DNA of 64,000 nucleotides from NCBI GenBank assembly GCA_047495785.1, contig JBLDXI010000004.1:1550001-1614000 (forward strand), written 5' to 3'. Position 1 is the stretch's first letter, and each line of letters begins with the position of its first letter. This document shows positions 57,025 to 64,000 of this stretch, one piece after another. Origin of the DNA: Lepidodermella squamata (lineage: Eukaryota > Animalia > Gastrotricha). The position numbers were made by a program, and so were the translations under genes. Below the pieces are notes generated by a model that was not told the DNA's origin, did no database searches, and worked only from the letters and a program-made list of their open reading frames with translations.

Positions 57025-58958
57025 TTACATATTTTCAATCTTCAAAATTTGAACAGATTTCGAGTATTTGTTCGATGTTTCACAATCCATGGACCTGCGT
57101 CTTTTCTTGTTGATGACCTCGATGCTCTCAGTGCAAAGCTTGCCAATGTTTATTCCTCGTGCCAGCAGTTCATAAACGTGGCTCCCGAGCAGGTGCGCAT
57201 AAGAAGTCCGACGACCAACGCAGCGATGCCAAATTTTTTCAAAGCAGCCTGCCATTACTTGGGTCGCAGGCGTTATTTCGTTATTTCTTATGTCTTTGAA
57301 AACGAGATATGACGTGAGGCATAATTTCCGAAGGTCTTTGAAATTAGCGAGCAGCAGTTTACGACGCTTATCCGGAGATGGGATCGCGCCACTCTGAGTT
57401 TGACGGACCTGGCTTTCATTGGTTTTGAAGGTCATAGATGGAAGGAAGAACGACTCCGTCAACGATTTCCCAATCATTCGCTTCGCAAGTTTGCAGAAAG
57501 CCTAAGAAGGAAGCACGAAAGTCAGAATGATCTAAGATGATATTTTACGCACATCACTCACCTTCGAAACGCCGTAATGATTCGAGTTTTCACGAAGACG
57601 TTGATTAATCCGCTTTTCCTCGATGTTGTAGTTTCAACAGAGAATTTCGAAGATTTGGAATGACTTTTCAAAAACGCAACCAAAGCTTTTAGGGGAGCTT
57701 TGAATCCATTGCCTTTTAGCAATCTAATAATCTGCAAGGAATAACATTAGATTTAGATTGGTATCATATTGAGATATTTTTATACCTTTGATATCAGCTG
57801 TCGGGCTATGTTCACCTTCATATGGAAAAAATCCGGGATAATGATGAATTTCCTGGGCCCAAGGCGAATCATGGGGCTGAAATCTTTCGACCACCCAAGC
57901 GTTTCTTTCTTTGAATCAGAATACTTGTCAAACCTGCGCTTCCTGGGTATTTTCTTCATGTCATTAACATTCATTTCGCAAATGAAACATCGATATTCTG
58001 CACCTTGATGACCGCAACCCAGCAGCTTTGCAGTTGCTGGGTAGTCGCAGCACAGAAGTAATCGAAAATTGTATTGAACGTTTTCAATTTTCAGCCCATT
58101 TTTCACGACACTTGTCAGTTCGCTGATTGTTGGCTCCAGGAACTTCCTGAACATCTCGCTGCTCTCAGTACCTTGATACATCGATAATTGGTACTCGCCT
58201 GAGACACTAATTTTGTTTTTAGAATCAGAAGCGCAAATGAACGAATTGATCATCCCTTCGGACATGCTTGTTCTCGCTGCCATACCATCGAGCTGATTTT
58301 TGAAGATACTGAGTAATTCGAGTTTCAATTTAAAAAACATCATACTTGGAATCTGATGTCATTCAATACATCCTGTTTTATTTCGCCGCGGCGTACCATA
58401 GCACCAATAATCGAATTTACCGAACGAGAAGCGCCCAGCCCGTCGTATACAGAAGTAATCGGATGCAGAGAACCAAGCTGTTTTCGCACTGAGTAAAATA
58501 GCTTTTTACCCACTGATTGATAGCCAAGGCCATTTTTCAATGCCAGCAGATTTTTAGCATTAATTCCATTCTTCAAACCAATGCCAATCAACCTAAGAGA
58601 TGAATAAATTTGCTCAGCGGAATCTCGGAGCGTGACTGGAATATTACTGTTTAGCTTTTTCCTCAGCTTGCTCTCTTTTTGGACGAACTTCACCAGCAGA
58701 AGGCCATTCTGCCTCAACCGTTCCCAGATCTTCGTATTCAACCGTAAGCTTCGCCTTTTTGATAACCGCGCCGTCCATGATGTCGGAGTATGGCGCTGTG
58801 TGGGTCATCAATTGTAAAACTGCTGTTTGTGCAACGCTAGCTCGGTGCTGTCCAGATCGACAAGCAACGGAACTTATAGGGCCTCTGATGCGAGACAAAC
58901 TCAGCCTGATAGATTCTGAAATACCCCCGCCGGGTGCAGAACAGTAATTTGCTGGCAT
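57025..58958 (-). CDS. RAG1/Transib-like DDE transposase (intron-containing; at least one 1-nt indel; 5' end unresolved)
   Basis: Introns 58293-58345, 57732-57785 and 57502-57561. Motifs IRFQ|LDGM (D1), LCCDYP..LLG....YRCFIC (D2 + CxxC), PDFFH, SYAHLLGSHV (HxxxxH) and IGKLCTESIEVINKKRRR (E) parallel RAG1 CDGM, GYDEK..CTLC, IDALH, NYFHKTLAHV and IGAWASEGNESGNKLFRR. Confidence 0.85.
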
Positions 58959-61703
58959 AAGGGGATTTTAATAAAATTGACGTCTTCAACTACAATGACG
59001 AATAATGCTCTCTTATTGCCTCTTTCTCGATTATTAATTCACTCCTTATAGTGATTTCGCAGCATATAATTCTTGTTATAGTTCTTTTTTTCTTGCAGCA
59101 GATTACGCTGAAGTCATAATTGTCAATGAAAAATAAATGGTGATATGGCGAAGGAAAAAAATCGTTTTTTTTACGGCAGCGACCGCGCGACCGCCCCACC
59201 ACCCGACCGACCGACAGGCCGATCAGACCAGAAAAAATAGGTGGACTTTGCTCTTAGTCACGTGACTGCAAAGTCGCCCTATAATGTATGCGTTCGTTTT
59301 CCGGCCGAGTCACATCGAGACCTACTACCAATTACCAGCAGCAGTTGATGTTATCAGCACAGGACCTACTATTAAGAAAGAGTTCAAGACTTCGAATGGA
59401 GGCTATATTTCATTGGAAGCTTTCGGATGGAAGAACTACCCAAGTCGAACTTCAGATGCCCTCGCCTGTGTAACTCTTCATAGCACTGCGCTGACGATGG
59501 ATGAACTTCGAATGCTGACGTACACGTGCGGGAAGAGACCGCCGAGGTCCGAATTCGTACCAGATACTTTCGACGAGTTGCCTCAGCTTGGAAAACTTGT
59601 ATACCACATGCCTTTCGTTTCGAAATCGCCATACTCAGTTTTTGACAAATTTGGGTCAACTTTGTGGTACGGTGAGGCTAAGCAGCGAAATTCGAGTACT
59701 TCGCAAAGTGGCCCGTTTCAAAACGGCGTTCTCACGGCGAACGGCCTTGGTCCGCAGGTTTCAGGCGTCGAAAGCCAGGATTCCTTCACATTCGCCTTTT
59801 TGTACAAAGGACTGTGCGTACATACAGAGGGGATCGTCTCTATACAATAAATTTTCAGATTACCTGTAAGTCGGATAGTATGATTCTGAAAGCCGGCGAA
59901 TTGTCCTCGGAGCCAATGAAATACAACGTAACTGATGTGTGGATCTTTTACGCATTCACTTATTCTAGCAACCCATCGGCCAAAGAATACATCTTAACGG
60001 GTTATAAATGGTTGATTTCTTCATCAGAGCCGAGTAAAGAATTCGAGACCAAAGACATGAAGATAAACATCACTGCTAACCCAATTTTTGAAGATCATCA
60101 AATCGGAGATGATGTAACAAATGGTGCGACCGTTCGCTATCCTGAATCAAACAAAATATCTTGTGTCAGCTATTATTCCGTAGCTTTGAGTCTCGATGAC
60201 ATGTCGAAATTCTTCAAAGCTTGCGGGAAGAAGGAAGGACGACCGAAAAATCTGCCTGATTTCTTCGATTTCCTGCCGCAGAGACGTAGCCTGGTTTTCT
60301 ATGCTCCATTCACTACGCAAAGTGGGCTGTCGCTTTTCGATAAATTTGGCCAGGTAATGAATTCTACAGACCCTGGAACTGTGAAAATCGTCCCGAGAGA
60401 TCTTGAGCAACGAACCTGAGCCGAGTTACCAAAATCGCAAAGATTCGAACTGGCAATCGAAAATTGGTACGACGATATCAGCCCAGAGTACCCTACCTCG
60501 CCTAGATCGTAATGGTATCTCACCGCCGGACAAGCCATTCGACACGATCGAAAATGTCCTGAGAAGATGTGACCACTTTGAAGCCGCACGATACGCTCCT
60601 CCTAAAATCAAGGCGAATGAACCGAACTACGTGAACATTACTTTCTATGTACCTGGTTTGAACGAGCTATCGATCGGGGATGATACGATCTCAGTTAGTG
60701 GAGTAGTTCTTTTATTTTGGTCCGTGTCAACATGCCCGAAAAATTCGACGGACCCGATCGCAACGAGACCTAAAGAGCAAATCTACGTAGGTAACCCCAA
60801 TCTTATGTGGCTTCCCCAGCTTCGGTTCATCAACAGTGCCCAGTCGAATGTCTACATGAAGAACGTTGCTGTAGGCGATGATTTCCTAGTCACAATGGAT
60901 GGAGTTGGGGCTAAGGAGAGCCCTAATAATACCTACAATTTCTATTGGACTCGGGAGGGTCTATTCAAAGCTGACTGCACGTTGGTGATGAAGGATTTCC
61001 CATTCGATAAACAAACCTGCGTCTTTGTTTTCGGCCTACAACGATCGAATCTTCAGGTTTCTTTTGTGGACCCACCAACATTTCTTTGGGACATCGATGC
61101 TGTTGCCAATTCTGAGTAGTTAGTGACTGATTTTGGTGGCCAAATTTCATGGGCTTACTTCAATGGCTACAACGTATCAATTGTTGTTTATGAAGTAACT
61201 TTGAAACGATACCCAACTTACTACATCAACAATGTGTACCTACCCACTGCGATTCTGGGCAGTTTGGACCTTGCAGCTTTTCTGACGACCCCGGCTATGC
61301 CAGAGCGATCTGCTTTTACGGTGACTATCCTGCTGGCGATGGCTGTTAGCCAGACTCAGATCATAAGCCAGGCTCCGAATACGGATAGCACCATTTTGAG
61401 CACGTACATCCAATGGATGGCTTGGTTCTCGGCGGGAGTGACAGTTTACCACCTGTTCTCCCTATGGCTAGCCTGTTCCTGTTTCGTGAAGGGTAAGTGG
61501 GAAATGAAAATGTTCTTCAACGGACGAATGAGCTTGGTTCGACTTATCGATATACTCGCTTTTCTTGCTGCTGTGGTTTTCTTCGCTTATGCCAACTACA
61601 TTCTTCTTAAAAACTAGTTTAATCCCCATCTCATTTAAATTATTTTTTTTAATTTTAATTTTACATTAAATTATCTTTACTTTTTTTAATACGTCAGACG
61701 TCA

Positions 61704-61745
61704 CCTCCGACATGTTTCGGCATTATTGGGCCATCTTCAGGATCT
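61704..61745 (-). ncRNA. Candidate minimal hammerhead ribozyme motif (Penelope-like element type)
   Basis: Minus strand CUGAAGA-U-GGC(ccaauaau)GCC-GAAA-CAUG-UC: core boxes, stem II, palindromic ACAUGU stem III and GUC cleavage triplet; stem I is weak. Confidence 0.5.
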
Positions 61746-62197
61746 AACAACAAACTAGTTCTCTAAATATACTGTTTAAATACAAGCGTCAAATATTGAC
61801 GTCTGGCGTATAGAAGAAGATCTAATCAAATGATTTCGCTTTACTATCAAACCGTACGCTTTAAATTAAATCAACTATTTTATTTATATGTACATTTGAA
61901 TTTAATTAAAATGTAAACTTAATTTAATTTAATTCGTGGGGCACCAACTCATTCGCATTCCGCATTCAACGTATCAAAAATTAAATAAATATTTTCTTAT
62001 AACTCATTCTAAACTTACCAAAGAAAAATTTGAATTCGAAGTCGTCCGAGAATTAAACAAATTATAAAGAAATAATGATTAAATTGTTAAATGTTGCGAT
62101 TATTGCAACTTATTTGCGCCAATTCAGCGAGGCCGGACGAGTTTTAACTAAAATTTAAAATCATTTCAATATTTCTTATACGGCGAGTCCAAACAAC

Positions 62198-62627
62198 TTG
62201 AAAGAAAGAATTGAAAAAATTCATGTTTAAAAAAACAACGACTCCGCTTTTCGATATCGCCAATAATATCGTTTCCCTTGTTCCACAGCCGCAATCATAA
62301 AAAATATTGATTTTGATGTTGGGAAATTGCTGAATAAACTTAAGAAAGCCAATTTGCCTGCTCGAGCAAGTTCGGATATTTCCGAAACGCTCCGCACCCT
62401 GGAATCGAGTGAAATGTTCGGATTACCATCGCATTTCTCGCGCTGTTTTCAGTTTTTGATTCTGAAAATCGTCGGTTTCGATGGGGAACATGTGCCTGTA
62501 ATCAAATTGATCATAATTATTGACCATAACTTTGGAAAAACCCACTATTCGCTGCAAAATTGCATTCAAGTAATAATGCAATAAGCTGTTTTTTTTAACA
62601 TGAATTTTTTCAATTCTTTCTTTCAAT
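62198..62627. repeat. ~40-bp inverted repeat pair in an AT-rich, probably mobile-element-derived region
   Basis: TTGAAAGAAAGAATTGAAAAAATTCATGTT at 62198 and its reverse complement at ~62597-62627. Confidence 0.7.
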
Positions 62628-63156
62628 TCACCGTCATTTTGCGAGTTATGTCTAAATCCTTTTAACCACAAAAACTCGGCGAATCATTTTCAAACACGGG
62701 AAAATTCGTCAAAATGAGCGAATGGCATCAATTTATAATGTTGCAAAGTTTTTTGGACACACTGTAGTTCGGGTGATTTGGTGCTGGAAGAATTGCTGCG
62801 GTCAAATTGACATTTCACTATCGAATTGTGTACTCAATTTTATTATTTTTCATAATTTCTATAAAAAACGTACTCTCTAGTATGTATTCTCTGATAACTT
62901 CTCAGTAACGCGATTTCAGAATAAACCTTCGAAAATGTTGTTAATGTTGGAAATATTTGCTAAAGGCGCAGCCAGAAGTCAGAGTGTTCCTTGTTTAGAT
63001 TAGCCAGCTTCAATAAAATTAGGGTATAATTTCTAGTAAAATACTCTGTTAGCGCAACCGATCGGAACGAGAACCGCTGTGGGGTCATTCAGCCCTAGCA
63101 AAATGCTTCACCATGCTGTAAAGATGCAACGGATAGTACGACGCGGTACAAACATG

Positions 63157-63402
63157 CAGGGTGCGACTTTCAGGGGGGGATGGGGGGATCATCTCGGCTA
63201 GCTCGGCCGGGACAGACAACAAAATGAGAATTTATCCCACTGTTTTGTTAATTTTGGAAGGTTCTGGGGCGTGTTTTAGTGGAAAATCTCCAGAATGTTC
63301 TCGCTTCGCTCGGTTATTAGCCCAAATGACTCGTCATTTTGGCAAAAACAGCAAAAAAAATGTTCCATCCCCGGGAGCTCGGGGATCGAAGATCGCACCC
63401 TG
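63157..63402. mobile_element. hAT-type MITE (same family as 12289-12536, opposite orientation)
   Basis: TIR CAGGGTGCGA...TCGCACCCTG and an exact 8-bp TSD CAAACATG. Confidence 0.9.
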
Positions 63403-63859
63403 CAAACATGATCATACAAAAGCATAGCAATACTGTAAACTACGTACCTACAAGTCATCATACACACGTGACCATTTGGCATAATTTATTTCATTTATTT
63501 AGGGTTTGAAACTGGATTACTGGACTTGAGAATTACAGTAAATCACATAACTTCCGAGAAAGCGGTCTCAAAAAATCATGTCGAATGGAGGGGCGAAATG
63601 TTGAAAGAATGTTGCTATCGTTTCTACCCATGCATACTTGTTAGCAAATTGTTGTTCTCTGATCAGTGTGCGAAGTAGGATCCGGGAGCTGAGGTGTTTT
63701 CTAGCCCTCAGTTGAAGAAACCAACTGTGGATTTTTCAGCCCTCATCTGGTTGGAATCCCGAAGTGTCCACCCCTGTCTGTGATCGCACTGAACAACGTT
63801 TGCTCATGACGTAGTTGAACACCATGTCTTAATCATCAAGCGCGAAACAGTTGTGCACC

Positions 63860-64000
63860 TATCAGCGGACAAAAAGCGGACTGTGTTGTTTTTCAGTTTG
63901 ACAAAATTGAACAGGTTCTCGCCCTTTGTTATTGCGACTTTTGTCCATTCCAGCGGGTTTATGTACACAGATGCAGCAATAATCCTTGTTTTTCACCGAT
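63860..64000 (+). promoter_or_regulatory. Duplicated upstream region of LGIC copy 3; a fifth copy probably starts beyond the window
   Basis: Aligns with ~43688-43836 (CAGCGGACAAAAAGCGGACTGTG...CTCGCCCTTTGTTATTGCG...TGTCCATTCCAGCG.GTTTATGTACACA...CCTTGTTTTTCACCGAT). Confidence 0.8.

Larger units (their letters stand above)
55886..59286. mobile_element. 3.4-kb two-gene DNA transposon (RAG1/Transib/CMC-related) with long TIRs and TA TSD
   Basis: TIR CATTATAGGGCGACTTTGCAGTCACGTGACTAAGAGCAAAGTCCACCTAT...GATCGGCC, near-identical for ~70 bp and extending to ~100 bp. TA at 55884-55885 and 59287-59288. Removing the element and one TA restores host codons W-I-F-Y-A-F-V-F. Confidence 0.95.
55333..61617 (+). 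pseudogene. LamG-LGIC copy 4: 5'-truncated, transposon-interrupted, internally deleted pseudogene
   Basis: Starts mid repeat 1; 3.4-kb insertion at 55886-59286; frameshift at ~59845; ~1.4-kb deletion at ~60400 joining the start of repeat 4 to the stalk end; TGG-to-TAG at 61117-61119 in NSEW. Confidence 0.92.

Noticed and set aside
58925-58958. THAP zinc finger at the transposase N-terminus (MPANYCSAPG)
   Set aside because: The second Cys and the downstream W, C and H residues of THAP are absent, and the frame connection to the core is unresolved.

Overview
Eukaryotic (invertebrate-like) genomic DNA with many short GT-AG introns of about 48-60 nt; the taxon cannot be determined from sequence. 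The window is a duplicating cluster of secreted and cell-surface protein genes with many transposon insertions. (1) A tandem array of intronless giant Cys-loop ligand-gated ion channel (pLGIC) genes. Each has a signal peptide, five LamG/concanavalin-like repeats and a Thr-rich stalk in front of the channel. Two copies are intact, one has a 1-nt frameshift, one is a disrupted pseudogene, and the upstream region of a probable fifth lies at the window end. (2) A 3.4-kb TA-flanked DNA transposon inserted in the pseudogene copy. It carries an intron-containing RAG1/Transib-like DDE transposase and a convergent second gene with a Myb/SANT-like motif. (3) A head-to-head pair of spliced genes predicted to encode signal peptide-trypsin-CCP-CCP-ankyrin fusion proteins. 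(4) Three copies of a secreted PAN/apple + 3x CTHRC1-C-terminal-like protein gene. (5) Two pairs of divergent orphan paralogs, an LRAT/NC-domain gene, a VMO1-like gene and relics of a class C GPCR, a CR1-type LINE and an integrase. (6) Several MITEs with clear TIRs and TSDs, tRNA-derived repeats and a candidate Penelope-type minimal hammerhead motif. No rRNA, CRISPR or convincing functional tRNA was seen. All domain calls come from motif recognition by eye, not database searches.
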